Assembly: GCF_000284115.1 (NCBI RefSeq)
Contig: NC_017080.1
Location: 2,580,001-2,612,000 of the forward strand
Length of the DNA: 32,000 bases
Source: Phycisphaera mikurensis NBRC 102666
GTDB lineage: Bacteria > Planctomycetota > Phycisphaerae > Phycisphaerales > Phycisphaeraceae
Direction of reading: 5' to 3'
Program-made: the position numbers and the translations under genes
Notes under the pieces: generated by a model
The model's input: the letters and a program-made list of their open reading frames with translations, nothing else
Databases searched by the model: none
Told to the model about the DNA's origin: nothing
Shown here: piece after piece, positions 1 to 6,880 of the stretch
Layout of the letters: each line of letters opens with the position of its first letter
Numbering within the stretch: position 1 is the stretch's first letter

Positions 1-786
1 CACCGTCTGCACGCTGCCGCCGTCGACCCGGAAGTTCGCGCCGTTGACGAAGCTGGCGTGCTCGCTCACGAGGAAGGCGATCACGGCGGCGACCTCCTCG
101 GGGCGGCCGCGTCGCTTCAGCTCCAGGTGCGGCCGCTCCTCGTCGAGGAAGCTCTCCACGGCCTCGTCCATCGACGTGCCCCGCTGCTCCGCCCGCTTCT
201 GCATCATCCCGTCGGTCATGCCGGTCTTCACGAAGGCGGGGGCGACGCAGTTGACCAGCACGCCCGAGCGGGCGCAGGTCATCGAGAGGCTCTTCGCGAA
301 GGAGAGGATCCCGCTCTTGGCGACGTTGTAGACAACCTCGTCGGGGTAGGGCTGCGCCGCGTTCTCGCTGGTGACGAAGACGGCCCGGCCCCAGCCGCGC
401 TCCTTCATGCCCGGGAGCAGGCCCCGGGCCGCCCGCACGGCGCCCATGAAGTCGATCTGGTGGGCGTGCGCCCAGTCCTCCTCGGTCATCTCCAGCGGGT
501 CGCCCTTGGCCCCGGTGACGCCGGCGGCGTGCACGAGGATGTCGGCGGGGATGGAGCGGAGGCGGTCGGCGGCGGAAGGCTCGGAGAGGTCCAGCTGCAG
601 CGTGCAGACCTCGGCGCCGGCGTGCTTCTCGCGGACGCCGGCGGCCGCGGCGTCGAGCTTGTCCTGGCTCAAGCCCGACAGAACGAGCTTCACGCCCTCC
701 GCCGCGAGCAACGCCGCGGTGGCCGAGCCCATGCCCCCGCCGCCGCCGGTGATCAGGGCCGTCCGTCCGTCGATGCCGAGATCCAT
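1..786 (-). CDS. Short-chain dehydrogenase/reductase (SDR) family oxidoreductase, partial (C-terminus runs off the left edge)
   Basis: Absent from the ORF track because there is no stop in the window. Reverse translation from the ATG (cat at 784-786) gives MDLGIDGRTALITGGGGGMGSATAALLAAEG... (TGxxxGxG Rossmann motif) and later ...DEVVYNVAKSGILS... (YxxxK catalytic motif). GC3 is very high in this frame. Confidence 0.85.
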   Translation of the reverse strand, partial: MDLGIDGRTALITGGGGGMGSATAALLAAEGVKLVLSGLSQDKLDAAAAGVREKHAGAEVCTLQLDLSEPSAADRLRSIPADILVHAAGVTGAKGDPLEMTEEDWAHAHQIDFMGAVRAARGLLPGMKERGWGRAVFVTSENAAQPYPDEVVYNVAKSGILSFAKSLSMTCARSGVLVNCVAPAFVKTGMTDGMMQKRAEQRGTSMDEAVESFLDEERPHLELKRRGRPEEVAAVIAFLVSEHASFVNGANFRVDGGSVQTV

Positions 787-871
787 GGCCGAACGCTAGG
801 CCCGCCCAAATCCGCGGACCGCGGGCTCTTCTGCGTGAAAAGGCCGACGGTCCGCGGCGGCCCGGCCGGGC

Positions 872-1609
872 TCATCCCCGGCGGCGGGCGTAAGCCTCCG
901 CGTAGGCGGGGCCGTCGCCGCGGAGCCGGTGCCGCAGGAGCATCCAGGCGTCGCGGACGAGCTGGCGGATCGGGCCGTTGGCGAGGAAGCGACGCGGGCT
1001 CGTGGTCATCCGCCCGGGAAGCAGCACCAGCTTCCCGGCGGCGCGGAGGCGCCGGCACAGCTCGACGTCCTCGAAGAGGTCCAGCGGCGGGACTCCGCCG
1101 GCGGCCGCGAGGATCCCGGGCCGGACGAAGATGCCCTGGTCGCCGAAGTACACGCCGGTGAGGCCGTACCGGACGCGGTTGAAGAAGACGACCAGCCGGA
1201 GCCGGTGGCGGGCCCAGCGCCCGCACCCGCTGGTGTTGAACCGCTGGCCGAAGGCACCGCCGACGACGGCGGGATCGGCGAGCGCTCCGCGGATGCAAGC
1301 CGCACCGTCCTCGGGCGGCAGGCAGTCCGCGTGAAGCATCCAGACCGCGCCCGCGTCGGGCGCGGCGGCGAGGGCGGCATCGACGCCCGCGCGCAGGGCC
1401 GAGCCGCGGCCGGTCACGCACGCCCCCCGGATCACCACGCAGCCGGCGACGGCGGCGCGGGCGGTGGTCGCGTCGGTCGAGCCGGAGTCGGAGACGAAGA
1501 CGTCGGCGGCGGCGACGGCACCCGCCCCCCGGGTGATCCGGGCGAGCAGCGCCCCCAGCGTCTCCGCCTCGTTGAGCGCCGGGATGACGACGACGATCCG
1601 CAGCGTCAG
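872..1609 (-). CDS. Family-2 glycosyltransferase (resembles the TIGR04283 / 'rSAM-selenodomain-associated transferase 2' type); start codon uncertain
   Basis: C-terminal part of the composite track ORF 872..2785: RIVVVIPALNEAETLGALL...VFVSDSGSTD...MLHADC...FGDQGIFVR...FEDVELCRRL...TSPRRF. These are GT2 hallmarks. There is no ATG/GTG/TTG near the conserved N-terminus. The candidates are CTG at 1609 or 1603 (GGGAGG lies 6 nt upstream of the latter) or a distant TTG at 1795. Confidence 0.75.
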   Translation of the reverse strand: MTLRIVVVIPALNEAETLGALLARITRGAGAVAAADVFVSDSGSTDATTARAAVAGCVVIRGACVTGRGSALRAGVDAALAAAPDAGAVWMLHADCLPPEDGAACIRGALADPAVVGGAFGQRFNTSGCGRWARHRLRLVVFFNRVRYGLTGVYFGDQGIFVRPGILAAAGGVPPLDLFEDVELCRRLRAAGKLVLLPGRMTTSPRRFLANGPIRQLVRDAWMLLRHRLRGDGPAYAEAYARRRG

Positions 1610-2502
1610 CCTCCCGCGTCGGCCGCCGAAGCGGCCGGGCTGTTGATTGTCCAGTCGTAGCCCATGAAGCGGAGCTCGCCCGCGTCCGCCGCCGCCACCG
1701 CGGCGTCCCGCCGCGGGCCCGCGGGCAGGTACGCCTCGAACATGTCGGCGAGCGAGTCGAAGGGTTCGCCGCCGTCGAAGTCGCCGGCGTACCAATCGAG
1801 GATCCTCGAGGCGGTGACGGTGCCGTCGTCCCCGACCACCAGCCCGTCGGGCGCCTGCAGCCAGCGCGTCGCCACGTTGCGGAACTGCCGGTCCAGCTCC
1901 GGCCCGCGGTAGGGCTCGTCCAGCAGCGGCGGGCACGACAGCGCCCCGCACACCAGCGCGAAGTGGATCCGCGCGTCGCCGTAGGTCGGGCGGATCAGCC
2001 CCTGCTCCAGCGCGTGCATGCTCTCGCTGCCGCCGTCCATCGCGAAGCGGTCGAAGAACCAGGTCAGCCAGCCGACTCTCTCGTCCGCGTCGGCCGTGGC
2101 CGCCCCCTTCTCCAGCCACTTCTGGAGCATGAAGGCGTTGTACGCGTTGAGGTGGTACGCCAGCCGATCGGCCTCGGTCGCGAAAGCGTTTGGCGTCGAC
2201 TCGGGGCCGAAGCGTGCGACGGCGTTGAGGTACAGCGTGAGGTCGTCGCGGGCGGGCGTGCCTTCGGCGAGCTCCGCGTAATCGACCAGGCCCTCCTCGC
2301 CCACGACCGCCGCGTCGAGCACCCGCGCCCAGGGCGCGTCGTCGTAGGCGGGCAGCCGGTCGGCTTCGGGAACCCGCGGCGTGGAGGCACAGCCGGTGAC
2401 CGCGAGGGCGATCGCGAGGAGCCCGGAGGCGGCGATCGCCGCGACGATCCCGCTCGCGCGGAGGAGCTTCGTGCGTAAGCGGGCAGACGTTGGAGGACCC
2501 AT
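1606..2502 (-). CDS. DUF547 domain-containing lipoprotein
   Basis: Track ORF of 298 aa with an ATG start. N-terminal signal with lipobox (LAIALAVTGCAS). DUF547-like core: YHLNAYNAFML...ALEQGLIRP...DARIHFALVCGALSCPPL...ILDWYAGDF. Confidence 0.8.
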   Translation of the reverse strand: MGPPTSARLRTKLLRASGIVAAIAASGLLAIALAVTGCASTPRVPEADRLPAYDDAPWARVLDAAVVGEEGLVDYAELAEGTPARDDLTLYLNAVARFGPESTPNAFATEADRLAYHLNAYNAFMLQKWLEKGAATADADERVGWLTWFFDRFAMDGGSESMHALEQGLIRPTYGDARIHFALVCGALSCPPLLDEPYRGPELDRQFRNVATRWLQAPDGLVVGDDGTVTASRILDWYAGDFDGGEPFDSLADMFEAYLPAGPRRDAAVAAADAGELRFMGYDWTINSPAASAADAGG

Positions 2503-2556
2503 GCAGGACCCTACGAGCCCCCTCCGGGTCCGGATGCCCGGGCTCTCTCGCCGCCC

Positions 2557-3762
2557 TCAGGCCACCGCGAGCTTCGGCGTGTTGAGGACGCGGCCGAGGT
2601 TCCGGAGCGCCTGCCGGATGCGGTGCTCGTTCTCCACCAGCGCCAGCCGCACGTGGTGCTCGCCGCGGGGCCCGAACGCCCCGCCGGGCGTCATCGCCAC
2701 CTCGGCCTCCTCGACCATCGCCAGGCAGAAGCTCTCGCTGGTGCCGCCGTACGCGTCGAGCTGCTCCCGCGGAGGCTTCGCCCACAGGAACATCGACGCC
2801 CGGGGCGGCTCGACCTCCCAGCCGAGCCTGCGGAGGCCGGTGACGAGCTGGTCGCGGCGGGCCTGGTACTTCGCGTTCTGCTGCTCGATGTGCCGGTCAC
2901 CCTCACGCATCGCGACGATCGCCGCGATCTGCACGGCTTGGAAGATCCCGTAGTCGTAGTAGCCCTTCACCGTCGCGAGGCCGGCGATCATCTGGGCGTT
3001 GCCGCAGCAGAAGCCGATCCGCCAGCCGGCCATGTTGTACGGCTTGCTCATGGTGCTGAACTCGCAGCCGTGCTCGATCGCGCCGGGCGCCTGCAGGATC
3101 GACGGCGCCTTGTACCCGTCGAAGCAGGTCTCGCCGTAGGCGAAGTCGTTCACGACCATCACCTGGTGCCGCTTGCAGATCTCCACGACCTTCGGAAAGA
3201 AGTCGTCGTCGACGGTCATGCCCGTGGGGTTGTGCGGGTAGCAGAGGATCACCAGCTTCGGCTGCGGGGTCATCCGGTCGAGCACGCGGTCGATGTCCCC
3301 GAGGAAGGCCTCGTCGTTGCCCAGCGGCACGCTGATCGTCGAGGCGCCCGCGAGCACGACGGCGGTCGTGTGGATCTGGAACGCCGGGTCGGCGACGACG
3401 GCGCTGTCGCCGGGGCCCAGCAGCGCGAGGCACATGTGGCTGAAGCCCTCCTTGCTGCCGATCGTCGCGATCACCTCCGCGTCGGGGTCGAGCTTCACGC
3501 CCCACTTCCGCTCGTACTTGTCGGCCATGTCCTTCCGCAGGTTGTAGACGCCCTTGCTCACCGAGTACCGGGAGTTCCGCGGGTCGAGCACGGCGTCGCG
3601 GATCTTCTCGACCACGGCGTCCGGCGGCGGATCCGAAGGGTTGCCCATGTTCATGTCGATGACGTCGGCGCCGTCCTTGCGGCGGTCGTAGATCATCTGC
3701 TTGAGGCGGCCGAGCACGTAGGTCGGGAGCCGCTCGATGCGGGGGGCGAGTTGGATGTCCAT
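2557..3762 (-). CDS. Class I/II pyridoxal-phosphate aminotransferase (alanine/aspartate aminotransferase-like)
   Basis: Track ORF 2557..3882. The internal ATG at 3762 (MDIQLAPRIERLPTYV...) matches the usual family N-terminus. Motifs: NMGNP, YPHNPTG, STMSKPYNMAGWRIG (PLP-lysine region). The upstream 40 codons are Arg/Gly/Pro-rich and look non-coding. Confidence 0.9.
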   Translation of the reverse strand: MDIQLAPRIERLPTYVLGRLKQMIYDRRKDGADVIDMNMGNPSDPPPDAVVEKIRDAVLDPRNSRYSVSKGVYNLRKDMADKYERKWGVKLDPDAEVIATIGSKEGFSHMCLALLGPGDSAVVADPAFQIHTTAVVLAGASTISVPLGNDEAFLGDIDRVLDRMTPQPKLVILCYPHNPTGMTVDDDFFPKVVEICKRHQVMVVNDFAYGETCFDGYKAPSILQAPGAIEHGCEFSTMSKPYNMAGWRIGFCCGNAQMIAGLATVKGYYDYGIFQAVQIAAIVAMREGDRHIEQQNAKYQARRDQLVTGLRRLGWEVEPPRASMFLWAKPPREQLDAYGGTSESFCLAMVEEAEVAMTPGGAFGPRGEHHVRLALVENEHRIRQALRNLGRVLNTPKLAVA

Positions 3763-3924
3763 GGCGGGCGGTGGGGTGCGGGCGGGGCCGCAGATTACGC
3801 CGCCGTTTTCGCGCGTCCGGGACGCCGCGGGGCCGACCCTCCGGCGGCCGCTCGGCCGGAGGCCATGCGCCCCCGGCTCCACCTCCGCTCCCGTCCCCGC
3901 CCCGCCCCGCGGTGACGCCTCCTC

Positions 3925-4743
3925 CTACGAAAGCAGCGACTGCGTGTAGTCGTCGGAGGAGCGGCGGTCGCTCAGCGGCCCGTCGCTCTCGCCGTTGACG
4001 AACTGGTAGACGAGGGGGTCCTCGCTGTTGCGCATCTCCTCGGGCGTGCCGTCGGCGACGAACTTGCCCTGGTCCATCAGCACCAGCCGCTGCGCGACGC
4101 GGAAGGCGGACACCATCTCGTGGGTGATGATGACCGTGGTCACGCCGAGCGTCTCGTTGAGGCCGATCATCAGCTCGTCCACCTGCGTCACGCTCACCGG
4201 GTCGAGCCCGGCGGAAGGCTCGTCGTAGTAGATGACCTTGGGGTCCATCGCGAGGGCACGCGCCAGGCCGGCCCGCTTCTGCATGCCGCCGGAGATCTCG
4301 CTGGGGAGCTTGCCCGCGTGCTCACGCAGCCCGACGAGCTCGAGCTTCATCTTCACGATCGTGCCGATCGTGTCCTCGTCGAGGTCGGTGTGCATCCGCA
4401 GCGGCAGCGCCACGTTGTCGCCGACCGTCATCGACTGGAAGAGCGCCCCGCTCTGGAAGAGCACGCCGATGGTCTTGCGGTACTCGTCGAGCTCCGCGTC
4501 GCTCATCGCGCAGATGTTCTTCCCGTCGATGCGCATCACCCCGGACGTGCTGCGCGTCTGCCCGCTCATCAGGTTGAGCAGGGTGGACTTGCCGGCCCCG
4601 GACCCGCCGAGGATCACCAGCCGCTCCCCCCGCTTCACGTTCAGCGTGAGGTGGTCCAGCACGACCTGCTCGCCGAAGCGCACGACGATGTCGTCGCACT
4701 CGATGATGTTGTCGGTGTGGGGATCGGCGGGGTGCTCGGGCAT
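3925..4743 (-). CDS. mlaF: ABC transporter ATP-binding protein, MlaF/Ttg2A-like
   Basis: 272 aa with an ATG start. Walker A GGSGAGKST, GVLFQSGALFQSMTVGDNVALPL, signature SGGMQKRAGLARAL, Walker B VIYYDEPSAGLDP, H-loop ITHE, and C-terminal DPLVYQFVNG, which is typical of MlaF. Confidence 0.9.
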   Translation of the reverse strand: MPEHPADPHTDNIIECDDIVVRFGEQVVLDHLTLNVKRGERLVILGGSGAGKSTLLNLMSGQTRSTSGVMRIDGKNICAMSDAELDEYRKTIGVLFQSGALFQSMTVGDNVALPLRMHTDLDEDTIGTIVKMKLELVGLREHAGKLPSEISGGMQKRAGLARALAMDPKVIYYDEPSAGLDPVSVTQVDELMIGLNETLGVTTVIITHEMVSAFRVAQRLVLMDQGKFVADGTPEEMRNSEDPLVYQFVNGESDGPLSDRRSSDDYTQSLLS

Positions 4744-4778
4744 GGCGGGGGCCGGGGGGCGTGGGACGAGCGGGGGAG

Positions 4779-4986
4779 GGGAAGCGAAGAAGTGGGGAAG
4801 CGGGGAAGTGGGGAAGCGGGGAAGCGAAGAAGTGGGGAAGCGGGGAAGCGGGGAAGCGGGGAAGCGGGGAAGCGGGGAAGCGAAGAAGTGGGGAAGCGGG
4901 GAAGCGGGGAAGCGGGGAAGCGAAGAAGCGGAGAAGCGAAGAGACGAAGAGACGGAGAGGCGGAGAAGTGGAGAAGTGGAGAAGAG
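4779..4986. repeat. Tandem array of 26 head-to-tail 8-bp units, consensus GGGAAGCG on the + strand (CGCTTCCC on the transcribed - strand)
   Basis: Counted by hand. 14 units are exact GGGAAGCG. Variants are AAGAAGTG x3, GGGAAGTG, AAGAAGCG, GAGAAGCG, AAGAGACG x2, GAGAGGCG, GAGAAGTG x2 and GAGAAGAG. Degenerate units cluster at the right (mlaE-proximal) end. The array lies in the 333-bp spacer between the mlaE stop (5077) and the mlaF start (4743). Confidence 0.95.
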
Positions 4987-5076
4987 GGGGGGTCGGGCGG
5001 GGCGTGCTGTCGCTGCGCTTGGGGTTGGGGCGGGAGGGGGTTGGTCGGTTCTCGCGCGGGGTGCTCTGCCTTCCGC

Positions 5077-5901
5077 TTAGAGCTTGCCGCCCAGGCCGAG
5101 CACGTAGAAGATCATCGTGAACAGCAGGTCGACGCAGACCAGGCCCACGATGCTGTTGACGACGGTTCGGGTGGTGGCCGAGCCCACGCCCAGCGCCCCG
5201 CCGCGGACGCTCATGCCCAGGTGGCAGGAGAGGGCGCCGATGATGACGCCGAAGACGGCGGCCTTGATGAGGCCGGTGACAAGGTCGACGGTCGCGACGG
5301 CCTGGAAGGTGCTGTCGACGTAGGTGTAGACCGGGATGCCGAGGCTGAGCTTCGCCGTGAACGCCCCGCCCACGACGCCCATGAAGTTGCTGAAGACGGC
5401 CAGGCAGACGGTCATGACCGTGGCGGCCACCACACGCGGGAGCACGAGGAACCGGACCGGGTCGATCGCGTGGCTGCGCAGCGCCCTGAGCTCCTCGGCG
5501 ACGGCCATGGTCCCCAGCTCGGCGGCGATCGAGGCGCCGGCGAAGCCGGTGAGCACGATCGCCCCGATCAGCGGGCCCAGCTCGCGGAACATCGCGATGC
5601 CGATGACCCGCGGCAGCTGGCCGCCGGCGCCGTAGCTCTCGAGGATCGGGCCGATCTGCAGCGACAGGATCGCGCCGATGCAGAAGGTGACCAGCCCCAC
5701 CACCCCGATGCTCCGCACGCCGACGCGGTAGAGCTGGTAGCCCAGGTTCGTCCAGGCCATGCGTTTGCCACGCTCCTGCGTGACCACGCCGGGCAGCAGG
5801 ACGGCGACGTCGCGCACGAGCAGGCCGATCGACCCGATGAAGGAGGTCACCGACACCGCCGAGGCGCCGACCGCCGCCACCGCCCGCGCCGGCCCCCTCA
5901 C
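5077..5901 (-). CDS. mlaE: ABC transporter permease, MlaE family
   Basis: C-terminal 274 codons of track ORF 5077..6408: ...QLYRVGVRSIGVVGLVTFCIGAILSLQ...FRELGPLIGAIVLTGFAGASIAAELGTM...AIDPVRFLVLPR...TTRTVVNSIV. This aligns along its length with my recollection of E. coli MlaE. The proposed GTG start at 5901 overlaps the STAS stop as GTGA. Confidence 0.85.
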   Translation of the reverse strand: MRGPARAVAAVGASAVSVTSFIGSIGLLVRDVAVLLPGVVTQERGKRMAWTNLGYQLYRVGVRSIGVVGLVTFCIGAILSLQIGPILESYGAGGQLPRVIGIAMFRELGPLIGAIVLTGFAGASIAAELGTMAVAEELRALRSHAIDPVRFLVLPRVVAATVMTVCLAVFSNFMGVVGGAFTAKLSLGIPVYTYVDSTFQAVATVDLVTGLIKAAVFGVIIGALSCHLGMSVRGGALGVGSATTRTVVNSIVGLVCVDLLFTMIFYVLGLGGKL

Positions 5902-6296
5902 GCCCCGGCTCCGGGCGCGGCGGGAGCCCCGGCGGGTTCGTCGCCGCGCAGCGTGAAGACCGCGTCGAGCTTCATGATCCGCAGGAGCCCGGCGAGCTCC
6001 TTGGGCATCCGCTCGAGCACGACCTCGCCGCCACGCTTGCCGATCGTCTTCCGCACCTCGATCAGGGCGCCGAGCGCCCCCGAATCGACGTAGCCGACGT
6101 CGGCGAAGCGGAGCACCACCCGCGACGCGTCGTGCCTGTCGATCATGCCCCGCATGCCCTCGAGCAGCTCCGGCGCGTTGCCGACGGTGAGGTCGCCGGT
6201 GAGCTCGACCGTCAGCGTCCGGACGCCGTCCTCCTCGGCCTTCGAAGCGGAGTGGATCAGCGGCGTGTTGGCTTGCAACGGCGTGGCCTCGCTCAT
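5898..6296 (-). CDS. STAS domain protein (MlaB / anti-sigma-factor-antagonist-like)
   Basis: Track ORF 5898..6575. The internal ATG at 6296 (MSEATPLQ...) gives 132 aa: LTVELTGDLTVGNAPELLEGM...VVLRFADVGYVDSGALGALIEVRKTIGKRGGEVVLERMPKELAGLLRIMKLDAVF, a typical STAS layout. Its stop is coupled to the mlaE start. Confidence 0.75.
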   Translation of the reverse strand: MSEATPLQANTPLIHSASKAEEDGVRTLTVELTGDLTVGNAPELLEGMRGMIDRHDASRVVLRFADVGYVDSGALGALIEVRKTIGKRGGEVVLERMPKELAGLLRIMKLDAVFTLRGDEPAGAPAAPGAGA

Positions 6297-6343
6297 GCGG
6301 CGGAGGGTAGAGAGCGCAGCCTTCTTCCCCTTTCCGAAGCCGG

Positions 6344-6430
6344 CCGGTGCCCGGGTGCCACGCCGCCTGCGGGGTGGCGCGTGCGGGAGGTCGTCGCGAC
6401 GCGGCCACCCCCCAAGGGGGCGTGGCACCC
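6344..6430 (+). repeat. Palindromic interspersed repeat, family 1, copy A (GTGCCA/TGGCAC modules)
   Basis: Nested inverted repeats: GTGCCACGCC (6355-6364) pairs with GGCGTGGCAC (6419-6428), and GGGGTGGC with GCCACCCC inside. About 85 nt match the reverse complement of 19420-19495. A further related module, GGTGGCACCCGGCGGCGTGCCCGG, lies at 6538-6561. Confidence 0.7.
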
Positions 6431-6880
6431 AGGAACCCCGAGCAAGTGGGTTTCTCGGGTGCCGAGCATCCGGGTCATTCGGAGAGGGACAAGGGCGGAG
6501 CAGCGGGGAGCGCAGCCCGGGGGCCTCGCTCCCGCGGTGGCACCCGGCGGCGTGCCCGGAACGGCCGTTTCGCAAAGACGCGTCAACCGGGCGCCGCGGA
6601 TCCCTCCGCGTCGGCGCAGCGGGCCGGCGAGCGATACGCGCGCGAGCTGGGTCGCACCGCGGCCTTACGCTCCTGTACGCTTCGGCGGCGGCCGCGCCGG
6701 CCCGCCCGCCCGCCGGAGCGATTCTGAGCGAGGTTCAGCCAAAGCCTCGGGATCAGAAACGGATACGGCGCTCAATGCATCGGGTGAACGCCCCTCCACC
6801 GAGGGTATAGCTTGCCCCTTTTAACGGTGGAAACCCCCCCGTTTTGACGGTTCGGCTCCGGTTCCTCCGATGCAGGAACC

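Noticed and set aside
1600-1650. Programmed -1 frameshift fusing DUF547 to the GT2
   Set aside because: The frame relationship fits a -1 shift, but I found no X XXY YYZ slippery heptamer or obvious downstream pseudoknot near the DUF547 stop. A CTG start or reinitiation is simpler. It is kept only as a remark in the finding.
1610-2785. Track ORF 872..2785 (637 aa) read as a single protein
   Set aside because: Only the last ~245 codons encode a recognisable GT2. The rest is Arg/Gly-rich and overlaps, out of frame, the well-supported DUF547 lipoprotein gene and the aminotransferase 3' end.
3838-3862. Hairpin CCTCCGGC...GCCGGAGG downstream of mlaF as an intrinsic terminator
   Set aside because: The 8-bp GC stem is real, but no U-tract follows on the minus strand. 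Such stems are frequent by chance at this GC content, so it is not reported as a feature.
4779-4986. The 8-bp array as a CRISPR array
   Set aside because: The units are contiguous with no spacers, the unit length is far below CRISPR repeat size, and no cas genes are nearby.
4120-6093. Plus-strand ORFs across the repeat (4120..6093, 4232..5080, 4761..5120) encoding GSGEAGKR-type peptide repeats
   Set aside because: The DNA period is 8 bp, not a multiple of 3, so all three frames give similar repeats. That shows no frame-specific selection. Outside the spacer these ORFs are antisense to strongly supported mlaF and mlaE genes.
6355-6561. TGGCAC motifs in family-1 repeats (also 19420-19515) as sigma-54 -24/-12 promoters
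   Set aside because: I checked each TGGCAC on both strands. None has TTGC(A/T) at the required spacing (TGGCACG-N4-TTGC); the corresponding positions read AACC, GGCG, CAGG, CACC, GCGC and GGGC.
6760-6880. AT-richer patch as a tRNA or small RNA gene
   Set aside because: I could fold no acceptor or T-arm cloverleaf and found no GTTCGAATC-like T-loop. Only one short hairpin is present. It is more simply the promoter or leader of the bactofilin gene.
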